Shown one piece after another: positions 25,363 to 39,700 of a DNA stretch of 64,000 nt. Each line of letters begins with the position of its first letter. The first letter of the stretch is position 1. Both the position numbers and the translations under genes were made by a program. Below the pieces are notes generated by a model. The model was given only the letters and a program-made list of their open reading frames with translations, searched no databases and was not told the DNA's origin. The DNA is from Sphyrna mokarran (taxonomy: Eukaryota), in the NCBI GenBank assembly GCA_024679065.1, contig JAGIQG010000006.1, forward strand, positions 55,676,001-55,740,000. Direction: 5' to 3'.

Positions 25363-26711
25363 AAAAAGATCTATTTGAGAGCTACCTGGAGCAAATCCCA
25401 TTATGGACTTCCTGCAAGGGATAACCGATTTGCATTTGTGGCAAAGGGGACTGGAAAATCACATCTTATAACCAATTTTGTTTTCTTAATACTTCATTTA
25501 ACATTTTCTAAAGTTAATGGGATTATGACGACAGAATTACCATTATGATGTAAATTTCATCTGCAACTGGGAGCAGTTGGCTGAAAGCTATCCTAATTAG
25601 TCTACCACCTGAATTAACTCATTCTTTACATCACTACAACATGAATGTTTGTATTATAGAAGAGCCCCCAGTCACTTCCGGACTGTTGCCATTCTCCCCA
25701 ACTACCTTTCAGGCAAGATGTGCCGGTGCTATGCTGAGCAGACACATTCCACCTTTTGCATTGAACAATGTTGCTCCAGAATCTCTGCATATCATTCAGG
25801 GAAGACTGTTCCCTTTACACACCATTTTCTTCACAGTTCTCCTTGAAGGGGGTAGTTTAACACAAGTCAATGAAAATCTCTGCACTTTCTGAATTAACTG
25901 ACAGGTTATAACTCTTTTTGCATATTATCCCTTCTCCCCTGGTAGGATCACCTTATAAATTGTCATTGTTATGACATCATAAAAACACACTGCTGCAATA
26001 AATTGCACAAGTGAAAAGATTTATTCTTCTCCTGAGTTTCTGACAAAAAAAACAAGCTATTTTTGTTTCAAAATAACGTGTTATCTTTCAGGTTCAAGTG
26101 GGACTCATTCAAATTCGTTCACATGGCCCCATAAAAATGAGTGCCCATAAACCAACAAGAAGGGCAATTGCAGGAAACAGGTCTGTGGCACTTTCTGTTC
26201 TTCTATAATATCTGCCAAGGCCGTATGCCTTTTCAAAGAAAGAAAGCACTGAAATGAGGGACAGACACCACAAGTCAGCTCATTTTGCAGCCAATTTCAG
26301 CTTGACGCAAGCCGGACAAAACCTCACCCCATGATCTACTCAAAATGCACCAAATTGCTAACTGTGCAGTAGAACAAAAGCGTGCTGGTGGGCACTACCA
26401 AGAAGCTTCACGCTTTTCCAAAACCATTCTCTAAATATTGATAATCTTAGGGATGTTCGGTTTCAGTGTATCTGCAGGTTCGCCAACCAAAGGAAACCAC
26501 AGATTCAGATGTCCTGTCACTTGGTTTATGAGCAGCAACATAGGTGAAATCTATTACTATTAATAGACATGAAGAATTGTCATTAGTAGTTCACTTGGTA
26601 ATTTAGTTATGATGCATCTTCCAGAAACAGTGAAATTTCAATTCAACTGTTAAATCTATTATTTGCATACTCAATTAACATTATATTCTACACCATTTCC
26701 TTTCCTTCTTC

Positions 26712-26818
26712 CCTACATACTCTATGAAAGGCGTAATTTGCCTGTGTAGCACGCAAGAAACAATACTTTTCATTGCATACCTATATGTGACAATAATAGA
26801 TCAAAAATCAAAATCAAA
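26712..26818 (+). mobile_element. Rex1/Babar-type LINE 3' terminus
   Basis: gcacgcaagaaacaatacttttcattgcatacctatatgtgacaataatagatcaaaaatcaaaatcaaa, ending in an (ATCAAA)n tail. Confidence 0.6.
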
Positions 26819-29800
26819 TGTTCAAGTTTAAACACTGCTAACTGATTAAATGATGAATGAAAATTGTTATTGTATGACTTTGTTTGACGACTTTGATTAC
26901 TGGCATGAGAGAGAGTTAATTTGCTGACAGTGTCATGTGTGAATATTGATGCAGTGCTTGGCTGTCCAAATATTAATAGAATCTGAACTGGCTGATTTAA
27001 AGCATTTTGAACAACCTCGTTATAAATTGTGGATTGCATAGCATCTTCTCATCAAGGAATCTTCTAGGATTTAGAATTAAGAATGAAGGTTCCTTTAATT
27101 CCTCCTGTTGAATTTGTTTATCAAGATATCAATTCAGCGTTGTAAGTGGCCCAGGCTGAACATGGCCTTGGTCTCCAAAGAATTCTACAGAAAGATAGGA
27201 AAACATCACTCTGTTATAAGTGGAGATGTGGGGCATCTAGTTATTTCAGGGAGTTGGGGGGGGGGGGGGGGGGGTTTCCTCCCCCTAACCCTGAAATATC
27301 AGTAACAGAAGTCATAGATGGATATTTCATAATTCTCCTGGGATGTGTCAAGACTTCCTCTCACTCACTGAGTTTTGACTATTAAATCCAACTCTGTTTT
27401 TATTGCACAGAATTTAGACTGATTTTTTTTTTAAGGAGTTCTATTTTGAATGTCAATTTTCCCACAACCCCTGTCCCTTTTTATTTAATACCCTTTTTAA
27501 TATTAGGTGGATTTAAATAGCAATTTGATCAGACAGTGGTATTAATAGGGTACACTGTGGGGAATACAATATTGTGTGACTATCTACTGAAATAGTCAAA
27601 TGTCATTGTTCACCATCCTCTGTCCTGCTGGTAAGGTTTTTTCTAATATCCAAGAAAAACTCATCAGGATAGCCAATGTTTTCCAAATATTGATATAGGA
27701 AGGGTGAGCACATGGGCTAACAAGCCTGCATTCTTTAATGTTCAAAATTTGGTTTAGTGACCAACTTCACACTATATGCATTTATTCCACTGCTGATGTG
27801 TAGGTTATCAATGTAAAATCAACTCTTGCAGCTGGTCTCATTTCAGTGCAAGTTTCAGCACCATTGCGCACACATTCATTCATTTATATTACACTTCTGG
27901 CACAGAGTGGCTGAGGATATGTCACTGATGCTATCAAAAGTACACCACACCCTTGCTGTAAAATCTCTCTTTGGAACCAGCAAGTTGAAATGGCACTGAG
28001 TTGTGTGTATCAAATTGATAGGAATTCCCTCCAACCACTAAAGTAACTAATGCATTGCAATAAACAAATTAACATTTCATTAGATTAACAGGAAAATAAA
28101 TTTTATATGAATGAGTTAATACTGTAAAATACAATTTCAACACACATGGAATATAATTTTCAGCCTGCGGTTTTCACACGCTGAATAATACATGCGTTAA
28201 ATTCCATTCTGTGGCTTTTTTTTAATATAGTTGTTAACCCATTTAAAATAAAATGGGTTAATAACAATATTAAATAGTGCATACAGAAGTTTAATGCAAA
28301 GGCCAAAAATAGCACACAGGAGGAAATTAAACCCCCAAGTGTTTTTTATATTGTAATGAGGCATATGCTACAGTGGGTGTCCCAAAAGAACACATACTAT
28401 AACATGAGAAAAATCAGGAACCAAATCCAGTAGCTCTCTGAATGAAGATATGTATGCGTTTTAGAATGAAGGTGGGAGATTTTCTGAAATTAATTTTTCA
28501 ATGAGGTTGAGTCTTTTCAAGCATAATGCATTTCACAATCACACTCAACCTTCGTCTCTTCAGATAATAATTTCGAATCAATGAGCCTGAAACTAACCCG
28601 AGAAGGACTGAAGCCACCTGAAATTGACAGGTTTTAAAAGCAAATGTATCCAATATACAAGTTTGGTCATAAAGTGCATCCCTCGAGTTTGCTACTGTGT
28701 GTGGAGTAGCGCAGCTTTATTAAAAAGGTACTACCAGATTTCTTTTTAAAAGATCTTTCAGATTCAGACATAGATCATTTCAAAAGGGTTTGTGCTAACG
28801 GTTATCCTAACCTCTTGAAGCCTTCCTTACTCAGATCAAATGTCTTGAACTCTTTAGCAGTAGAGAGAGCTCTTTGATCTGTCCTTCATGTTCTTAACAT
28901 TAATGGCATGACTAAAACAGCGAATCAAACAGGGCTTGATAACTCTGAGTGAAAACTCAATGTCCACACAGCATGGAGCTCTAACTTAGGCGCTGGATTG
29001 CTAGTGAACACTGGAATATATCCGTTAACCCTCAGGCTATTGAAGGACTACAAGGCGAAGAAAGGTGACACTATTCGGAATTTTTTTTTAGGGGAAGAGA
29101 GGAATAAAAATAAAGGAAGCTGTGTTCAAGAATTGCCTCATTTTTAAAAATTGCGATACGGAATATATTACTTTGCCTTAGGCCAAGTCAGGTGAATAGG
29201 ATGCACTTGGTAGTAATTCCAGGTTCTTTTCCTCTCAAGCGATGTTTAATCAATTTTTTTCCGTACCATCAATAGGCTGCTTGGTTGTTCACAGAATGTC
29301 TCAGACTATTAATAGAATATTTCATATCCAATCACAGTTGCAGCAATAAACCATCTATCCTTTTTTCTGCCTCCATTATAGGAACTATATAAAATATATG
29401 CTGAAGATCAGCCCACCTTGCTTTGGTGTAATTGTCATCATTTACAGCTCCCTGTCCAAAAGACAGAAACAGCTGCTTTATAAGGCTAATTGTATCAAAA
29501 TGATGAATTTGCATCAGTATTGGAAAGTGCATAGCTTGATGTTACAGGACAGGAATTTTGGGTCTCCGAAGATTTTGAAAATATTTACAGCCTGAAAATA
29601 TTGGCATCACATTTGGTCAGTATGACTGTCATAAATCAGAATTCAGCACAGTTCCCTAAGACTGAATTTAATGGTGCTACTTTCATTACAGTCACAACCA
29701 GGAAAACTTTGTCTACTTGGCTACTTCTAAACATTTTTTCTCTTCCAAATACCTTTTGTATAATCGTACAAGCATGAAGGAGAAGAAATGACAGATAGGG

Positions 29801-31744
29801 GACCCTGCAGGAAAATACAGATTGCATTTGGAGAGTGGATTGGGTGTAGTCCCTCATTCTGAAATGGGCAATAGCCCAAATTTAAATGATACAGCAGATT
29901 ATGAAGCAAACTATTGTGTCCCAGCACTGCATTCAAATATGCTACACAAACAAAAAAGTATATTTTTGGTAAGCAGGTGGCCACTTCTCTTACAAGAATC
30001 ACAAAATGCAGCTCTTTGTGAAATTCTGCCACGGTTAAAATCACAGCCAGTTTGAATTTCCAGATTTAACACAGTCCGTGGGCTGTAGGTTATAACCTCT
30101 TTAAAAGAGGTGACATTTCTTCCAGTCAGGATTTGAGATTGAGAAACCCACCTGATGAAGTGCAGCCTGTTTCAAATCAATTTGTAATCAAAAGCTCTTA
30201 TTAAGATCATTGCTGTTTACTGTCTCTCAGTATTTTCAATTCCCTGCCAATATCAATCTGTTTCAAATCAGTCCCCTCTGTGGCAAATTACAATGGCACC
30301 TGTCAGCATTTGACAATTGCCATAAAAAAAACTCTTGTTTGCTTCACTCTTGAGCTTACGTAGTGTCATTTAAAAATAATAGGCTCCTTTTGGTCATTTA
30401 TATTTTTAAAATTCACATCTTGCTCTAAAATCAAATTGGTGTTTTTTAAAAAAAGCTCGATTTTGAACAGTGGACTCTACAAAAATAAATGTTTTTGCCC
30501 TTGGTTGGTTCAATTTCTTTAACAGAAGATTTGTTTTACTTTGTTCAGTAAAGTCTCGCATTGCCAATGTGACTGCAGTTATTGATGCATAACAATGAGT
30601 TATTTCAACAGATTTCTCAACATGACTCTTGTCAAACCTCTAATTTTCCTCCAACAAAAGGTAGTTTTAAAAAAAACTGTCAGCTGAACTATCTAACCTT
30701 CTCTTAAAATAAAACTAAGGAGACAATGATTGCTGAAGGAATAGACAACGTGGTGCTTCCAGTTTGTCTGAGCCAGGATAGCTAACATACCTCCTGAATG
30801 TTGCATCACATCTAGATTAATATGAAAGGTGTAAGCACAAAAAATATTGGCATTTGGATCAATAACTTTTATAGACAAGGTTATGAATTAGGGAGAATTA
30901 TTCTTTAATTTTCTGTGGCATTTAATCAATAGAATGCCCCTCCAAACTGCAGAACTGGAAGTGGGCATCACTTCTGTTCAGAGTCAGGAGCTAGCCCCTA
31001 TGTGATTCATATGAAAATTCCAAGGGCTGGTGATTATGTGGCAGGGCGAATTTCCATCCCAGAATTCCACAGTCAGATGACAGGTCAGCAAGTCAGAAAT
31101 AAGCTAACAATACAAGCAGGGAGGCCTCAATTTTCAATTCTAGAAAACTGAGCCATTTTTCTTTTACAACTCTTGATCCCCCATCAACCTCTCCATTCTG
31201 CACTCCACATTCTTTATGATCCTGGGATGCTCCTCTATCACATCCAAGCTCCTTCCACATCACTTTGAAGATGTCAGAATCAAAACCAAGATCAGCCCCA
31301 TGATTTAGCAAAGCCCCTCCTCCTCCCTCACCCCCAGCAATAGATTCTATCCAGGGCATCAAGCAACAAGAGGTGGTCTTCCCAAGTAATGTCAGCAGGG
31401 GTCTCCTGTCTGACTAAGGCAAGCTGGGCAGAGATCACAGAAGTTAGCAACAGTGGGATCCACTGAAGATCCTGGTTTCAGTGCAAGAAAACAAAAAGGT
31501 CAAAAACCTGTTCAATGTAGGACAGTGTCACAGTGGCATGGAATTATCTCTTGGGAGCATCAGGCTACACATGGATATGCAGCTAGACAAGATCATGCAC
31601 AGCACTTGAGGCCAAAGCATGTGGTAATTTAGCTTGAGTGAATGATTGGATGCAACCTAATACATTGATGGGCCGGTATGTTTGATGGCTACCAGTACAG
31701 ACAAGGAAATCATTGGTATTTGAGAAGTCACTAAATCTTCATTT

Positions 31745-33180
31745 TTTTTTACAGGACAAGATGACCAAACCTAAAAGAACAAAGACAGGCAGAGGGACGT
31801 TTGTTTAAGGCTCTCATCCCTACTAAAGGTGGTAGGGATTGCAGGAGAATAGCACAGCTGAGCTGTAGTGAAATGACAAGCACAAATGCACTAAACTTAC
31901 TGCTGCTATAAGGGTGTTCACAACTACACGAGGAATTGTGCAGTACTCACAGATGTTGCACAGCTTTGTGCTTCTTTTTGTTCTACTTTATAAAGGCTTA
32001 CAAATACTCTATGTCTAGACACAATACCAGTGACCCAGAGGATGCAGTCTCCACTAGCGCAAGTATATTTTCCCAGACAGCAGAGGGACTGCATTTAGAA
32101 TCAGGTCCATGTTTAGACAAATGCAGCTCAAACATCTCCCAGAGTGAGGCTGTGACAGCAGAGCTCCCAGACACCTGAAGGATTGTTAGGACTTGCTGAG
32201 CCCCTTACTAATGACTGATTTCTGATCATGGCGACAAGAAATGCTGAAATTGATCCAGAGGTTGGGAGAATGCATGACGAAAATGCCAGCGGTATACACA
32301 GATTTTGCAAAGTATAGAGAATTCCACATACACCATGAATTATATCACATCTCATGTCTATGAACGTAGAAATTCTATGAAGACTGATAGTTGAAGACTG
32401 ATAACAAGACTGAAGACTGAGCCATTCATAGAACATTCACCACCATAGAACATAGAACGTTACAGCGCAGAACAGGCCCTTCGGCCTTCGATGTTGCGCC
32501 GACCAATTAGGAAAAAGCCATGACCCTCCAAACTAAACCATTCCCTTTTCGTCCATAAACTTATCTACTAACCTCTTAAACGCCACCAAACCTGGCGCAT
32601 CTACAACTGCCACAGGCAGGGCATTCCATACCCTAACCACTCTCTGGGTAAAGAACCTACCTCTGATATCCGTCCTATAACTACCACCCCTTAATTTAAA
32701 GCTATGTCCCCTCGTGCTAGCTTTCTCCACCCTATCTAAACCTCTAATCATCTTATATGTTTCAATAAGGTCTCCTCTTAGCCGCCTTCTTTCTAACGAA
32801 AACAACCTCAAATCCCTCAGCCTCTCCATGGAGAGCTAAGTTGAGCAACTAACCCACATACACACCAATCATAGATTGGGGAGGACAAGGCACTTGGACC
32901 TCTCATCAGATGATGGACGAGCATGTGCCACCTCTGCAATGAGGTTCCTCTCAGAGGGCTGAGGTGAGCAAACTCTTCACATCCTTCTGCTAATGACCCC
33001 ATTGTCTCCAGGCCAAAGAGGTTTCCTCTGCACTCGTACAAGCAGCCCAGTAAGCCAGAGCCCTCAAGGCTTTATGACTATCTGAGGATGTCCAACAAAA
33101 TCACAGCAGGAAATGGGGCATCACACTCAACTGTTGTTGTCAAGCTCACGCCAAGGTTAGCAGTAGGAAAATAAGAGTAT
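31745..33180 (+). mobile_element. decayed Harbinger accessory (Myb/SANT-like) gene remnant, interrupted by CR1
   Basis: Acceptor-like ttttttttacag followed by DKMTKPKRTKTGRG, resembling the K..KRE..KTGGG segment after Myb/SANT-like domains of Harbinger elements. Heavily decayed. Confidence 0.4.
32446..32828 (-). mobile_element. relatively young CR1 LINE 3' end
   Basis: ORF 32533-32829 (ERLRDLRLFSLERRRLRGDLIETYKMIRGLDRV..TRGHSFKLRG..FFTQRVVRVWNALP), 3' UTR gaaggccgaagggcctgttctgcgctgtaa and a (TTCTATG)n tail; CpGs retained. Confidence 0.93.
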
Positions 33181-36100
33181 TTATTATGCCACAACGATAG
33201 CATGAGCATTTTTATAAAATTCACTTCAGCACTGTAAACATTGCACAATATATTGTTTTCATTTTATTCATGTGTGTATCATGACCCTTTTTGAGGAAAC
33301 GCTTTGAGAGAGGCCTAACTATACAGTGGTGCCTCATGCTGGGCATTCATTGAAGGCTGCAGGGAAAAGTTAAACATTCCTTTATTTTATTGGAGGCTAT
33401 AGTATTGTGTTTGTGATTAGTCTTTTAATGTTTCATACGTGTCGGTTTTCATTTCATCAAACTGCAAATATAGAAACACATAAGCTGATAACTCCAACCT
33501 ATCTGACAAAAACTGGCACCTGATATATCTCTAAATACAACTCTGAACAAAGGAGAATGTACTTATATATTTCAGACTGTTCATTTGCTTTAACTAAGTT
33601 GTACAGTGTAACCTATGATGCTGTATTTACACTAAATGGATTATGACTATACCTGCAGTCTCTGCCATCACAGATCGTACCCACAATGTCACTTTTGTAT
33701 GCATGTGTGTTGATGAATTAAGATGCTGATACAAGGATAAATATGTTTGAGATAAATAAACTATATTGCGAATACAGCTTGTAAAATGTTAATTACATAA
33801 CATGGCACTTGATAATGGGGACTATACATTTTAATGTACAGTAAGTCTTATTTATTGGAGCTCAACTCAAAGTCAAGCTATTTATCTCAGCCATTCAATT
33901 ATCTGTTTGAGATAACTGTGCTATCCTCCCATTATCCTCAAAACAAGGTCTATAACTGCACTTTAAAAATCTCATTGTGACATTAATTACAGTCAATAAA
34001 TCAATGCCATCGTTGGAATTTCTGAATTCTAGAGCTATTTGAATATTTCAGATATTTGTTAAACAATCACATTCAGTGAATTGTATCTAAGATTTTTCTC
34101 CCATACAATTATGCTAGATTTCAAGGATGCCCTTGCACAGGGAAAATCTTTGACATAGAATTGCATTTTTTGGCAGTTTTAGCAAGATTATCTATTTCAT
34201 CTGAATGTTACAAATCAGTTGTGGATGGATTTCAGCAAATGAGTATTGAAAGGCAGCAACATTCTGTCTATCATGGTCTTACATTACAACATTATATTTA
34301 TTCCCTGCATTTAGAGCTACTATATTTCCAAAAGATTTCATCAGCAGCAAAGCGTTTTGGAAAATCTTGAGCTTGTGAAAGATGCAATATAAATGCACAT
34401 CTTTGTTGCACCTATTTGAAATCAACCTACTACTCTCACTTTTGGAATTAGCACTTAATGATCATAGATTTTTATATTAATTCCTTTGAAAATTGAATAG
34501 CCTTTATGAATTTTATAACATGGTAATTTTTGATCTGATATGAAACTTGTACATGCTAAATCAAAAATACAAAGTAAAAATTATAAAGTATAATGAAATG
34601 AGAAGATTTTCTCACTTAATGTGTAATATAAATCAACAGAAGTAGTAACGGCAAACTCAATCATTTTGGCTTAGTTGACATGCAGTTTTCACTGGTTTAT
34701 CTTGCACGGTGCAGTCTAACACTTGCACACAAGATAATTGTAAATTGACTCCCGTCCTTCACATAAAGATCAAGAGGATATATTTAATAACATGCTGGGG
34801 ATTTTTTTTTTTGCTTATAGTTAGGAATATTGTTGAATAAAAGCTGATTTCATTGAAATTTCAGAGTTGAAGGCTGTCAGGGCTGAGTGTGCTTCCCATT
34901 CCGCCACTTGCGTGCACGCAGCAAGAATTTATAGCACGAGAAATGTTAACGCTTCAGTGAGTTGAAATGGCAATTCGAGCATCGATCGCGCTGTCTGAAA
35001 CAAATTTTAAAATGGCTTAATCTGCCCTGATAGATGAATGGTTTTGATTTCCCATCGCAGAGAAACTTGATTATAAAACATATTTCAAGTCTTTCTCTAT
35101 GCGCAGATAATGATTCATTAATCAGTGCTTTCATTAACCCCCTACTGACTCCCCAAACATATACAGTCCAGTTTTTGAACTGCAAAAGGGAAATGAATGC
35201 ATAGAAAGTGACACATTAATGGCAACAACTGAGTCTTCCTCCCTGAAACTTAATTATCTGCTTGTCTGTGATGGTTGCTAGGTTGGAGTGAATTTTCAGC
35301 CAATTGCAATTTTAAAACAAAAGAAAATTGTTTTATGGTCGATTAGAATATTTCATACTTTAATCCTCATAGAACTGGGCTAATATTTCTGCTCTGGTTC
35401 ATTAAATAGCAAAAGATTGGTTGAAATGGAATATTTTGCATGTTTTACTCCTAAATTCTTGATGATTTTACAGATTACATCTCTAAATTAGTGGGAAGCC
35501 TACAGTATCTGATGAATTAATTTAATTCCTGTCCCAAGACAAAGAGTAGATTTATTTAGCAGAATTTTTCTCTGAAGAAAATATGTATATTGGAAGTTCA
35601 TGAAGAAAATACATTCACTCCATTGCTGTTTAAAGAAGAAGCCCCTTGAAGGTTTTTAGCGCTCAGAAGATTTTTTTCTCCGCCCCCTTCATAAAGGTTT
35701 TGAAGGTCTGCATGTAATTTTCATTGCACTGGCTCCATTCAATTCCAGCGAACAAGATGGTGGTGCAAACTAACCTCTATTTCAACAACCAACAGTCATT
35801 TTCCTTGGCTGCAGTTGTCCCACCAAACAGTGCTGCAGCTCTAATGGAAATGGGTATTGGAAAGGTAAAAATAAAATGCATCTCATGTTCAAGGTTCAGA
35901 AGACATTCACATCACAAGATTTCCTGCAAAGATAAGGATGTCCCCTTTGTTAACGGTTCAGCTATCACCTGGCTGCTTCTGTCACTCTAGTGTTCAACAC
36001 TATTTTTCATTTTGCCAATGCATGGTGGTTAAGAGTACAGAAAACGGCAGATACTCTACCGTTACATTATTCCTTCCTATTCTAGAAATGTCAGTTCAAA

Positions 36101-36669
36101 ACATAGCAGATAGTTCTTGTCAAAAAAGATGCTCTTTTTGGAAATTGTACAAAAGCAATGACTTTCTCACTATGAAACCACATAAATAGTAATAAAGCAA
36201 TTTGAAATGTGATATGGTTAAACCTCTTTAGAAATGCACTCTGATGACAAAGCTCTCATTGCTCAGCGAATAACTGCAGCAACATTTGAATAACAACTCA
36301 GAATAAAAAAAACTAGCAAGAATTAACTTTTGAGCTTACAACAAAAATATGATTACATTTTTGTCTTGACACAATGCTTCTACAACAAGTAATATGGTCT
36401 TACTCAAATAGTGACACAATATCCTATTGTACTGTTGGGGGCTTTTGGGTAGGTGTAATGGAGGATAAAGCTTTCAATACTTTATCTATTTATTAGAAAA
36501 TCCACACAATGCCAGTTTCATTCTCCAACCATCACCCTCCCCAGCTAACTCTCCCAAAAATCAAACCCCAGATTTAGCCCTTTGCCACTTAATCTGATGG
36601 AGTCAGTGAATGACCATCAACCCATTAAAATAGAAATATCTATATTAAGTGATCTCAGACCAACACTGC

Positions 36670-36730
36670 TTATTTTTAATTCTTCCATAGGTTGTGGGTG
36701 TCACTGGCTAGGCCAGCATTTATTGCCTGA
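36670..36730 (-). mobile_element. LINE 3' tail fragment
   Basis: Minus strand reads ggcaataaatgctggcctagccagtgacacccacaacc..aaaaataa. Confidence 0.55.
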
Positions 36731-39700
36731 ATATGAGGGGATAAACAAACTCGTCAATCTAGAATTCCCACTTCAAATGCCTATCTCAGTGAAGTGAGAT
36801 GTACCAAGGAGATGTCATTTTTTTCTCCTCCTGTTTATCTTCAAGATTTTCAAAACTGTCAGAGGGAAAGAGAATGGAGAAAGATATTCAGTCATTTTGA
36901 AAATGTATTGAGAACCAAAACATGCTTTCTCTGGGCCTTGTGGGCTCCGACCCTTCCTTACCTTTTCCAATTGGTAACAGTTAATAATAATCCATCAGGA
37001 TCTGTACAAGGTTTTTTTTCCAAACTTCATAATGCAGCACAGGTTTGGAATACAATGAAATTCTGATAAGCAGACTCCTTCTGTGCCAATAGATAGAAAA
37101 GTAAACCACTTTATTTGTATCTGTTTATCTTCTATAAATCACTGCTAAACAAATACATTTTCACTCATGATTATTTGCTGATAGCTTCTTTTCATGAAAC
37201 TTTATTGCACTATCGGATCAGTGCAGCACGCAAAAATTCTCAAAATTTGGTTTTGCTGTTTCCAATTTATAATAGTTTAATTGTAAGATGATGCAGAATG
37301 TCTCCTTACTTTTAAACAAAATATATCATTTAAATGTGAATTTGTTCACAATGAATATAGTCTTGCTTCCACAATTATTTTTCCTCTGGAACACAAAATG
37401 GCATTGAGCTGCTATAAAAAAAGAGAAAAAAAATTACTGATCTCCTAGCAAGTTGCGTCCTGCAGCACTGGGACAGGCGCTACTGGAACCATTGTCTCTC
37501 CCAGTACAGATGGCTTATAACTATGAACCAATACCTTCTGATCTGACTGCCAGTCGTTGTTAAGTGTCAGGTCCTGTTATATTTAGATGGCCCCCTTTCT
37601 CTGCTTCTAGCTGTGCACGTACTGGGCTTACACACGCAAACCAGTGATTACTGTACCCACACATCACTGCAGCGCAATGCCAGCTGACTGACTTGCTGCC
37701 TCACTGCACATTCGCATCACATTACTTCTGCTATTCTAACTCTTCCAGTTCTGAGCACCATCAATTATGCAAAAGAATAACAGAGCCATGGCTTTGAGAT
37801 GTAACATAAAGGACGATTATGAGTGTAAATAATTTAGACACCTGCGTGCCATGCTCCTTTTACCAGCGATACTAGCCCAGTGCAAGTAATGTACCGACAG
37901 GGCAAGTTCTTGCTCCTAATGTACTGACAACTCCCCGTTTACTTTAAAGTCGGCAGAAAGTTGCTGCATTATTTAGCTGCGGTCTCCTGTCACTGCTGAA
38001 TTTCAGTATATTCTTTTTCTCATCTCTTCGCTAACCGAAGTTTAGAGGCACAGACGCAAATGAAGGTGGGTCCAAAATAAATTTTTTGAAAAAGAGAATG
38101 AAGTCAAAAACAAAAGTTGGTCTTTTAGACATGTATATGATTTGACAAAGTATTTCAGTGCCCTCTGAGGACAAAAAAATAAATTTTGTGCCCACTGCGC
38201 AAGGTCCTCAAATCTCCCCAGGCTTCTGAAACACAGCTGCAGTCACGTCATTGAAGCTAATGGGAAGTTTGCGTGCTACGATCAACTCTGATTTTTTTAA
38301 AATCCAAGGTTGGGGTCATTCCATTTAGTTACTTCATTTTAATATCACTATTTCTCACGCTATCTCAATCAGTTTCTAAAACTAACAATACTTGATTCCA
38401 TAAGCATCCTTTTAAAGGTTACACAGAGGAAGGGACACATTTGCACAAATGTTTCAAATTTACAAATAACATCAACGCCATTTGAGTATTATTAAATTTA
38501 ATGTGAAATCATATGTATATTCTGCATTCAGAATCACGTTAATGATTACCCTTTTCTCCATTTGACGAGGATATTTCTTAAAGAATCCAACTGCATGCAA
38601 AGTCATATTGTACTTGTATTTTCATCAGTTCAACACAAAAACTTCCAATATAAAGATGGTCCTATGTTGCAAGATTCACACAAAAAAACTAATTAAAGGT
38701 CCTTTTACAGAAGACCAGTTTGCTTCATGGTTACGTATTAAAGGAAAGTAAAGCCGCTATAAACAATTAGAACTATGTGTCATTTCTTAAACAGCTACAG
38801 AGTATTTTACAAAATTTTAAAAACAAAAATAAATATCTTTCTGTACAATATATTGTGTAGAGATAAGAGGCAATTCTGGAAACACACTAAATTTATCAGC
38901 TTTTGTAAAAAGAAACGATGGATTCATGTTTAGAATATCAAACCATCACAGAAGCTGGAATTCATAAAAAAGAGTCTGTTGCTAAAATGTTAATCCACAC
39001 AAACTGATATTTCCCACTTCTACCAAAGCTGTAGCGTCTTGGCAAGGAATGATGATTTTTATCTGCACAAATAGATTTCCAAGAGTATTTTTGATTACCT
39101 CAATCACATTTCAATCACAGTATAGAAAAAAAATTCTACCTGTGAGAAGCATGGAAAATGAATAGCGATGGGAGCACCATTCAGTCCAGCCCAAAGGATT
39201 TCAAATAATTTTATGACTGACTTTTCCTTCACTCAACTGCCATTGTATAGAAAAAATTAAAATTAATCTCATGATTTGGACAATAGAAAACAGTGCAGTA
39301 TTCCAAAATGAGTTGTTGTGAATTTAACTTTGTATATTGTTGATCTTCTATTGATAAAATAAAACACAAAATATGTTTTGTACAAAATATTATCCAATTA
39401 TGGGAAGTATGATTTCCTCAAACGTTCTTTTCATGTGCGTGTGAAATTTTCAAGCCCTGCTTTGCCATTAATTCACAGGCATCTTTTAATTTTTCATTGG
39501 CCACAAAGCACAGAGCGTGCCAAAATTCAATACAAGGAAATACGTTATCGTTTCCTTCACAGACTAATAATCCAACAGAATTTAAACCAAATAGAAGTCA
39601 CAACAAGTTTTTAGGAAATGACGCACAAAGGTAGCCAATCTTTAACACTTTAAAATACATTTTTTTCAAACAATTCAATAAACAGCCCTATACAAGGAAG

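Noticed and set aside
27256-27274. Long poly(G) runs here and near 14493
   Set aside because: Simple homopolymers whose length may be unreliable in the assembly; no evidence of function.
30146-30170. cacctgatgaag as a second Penelope hammerhead
   Set aside because: No stem II or GAAA follows; too short to support.
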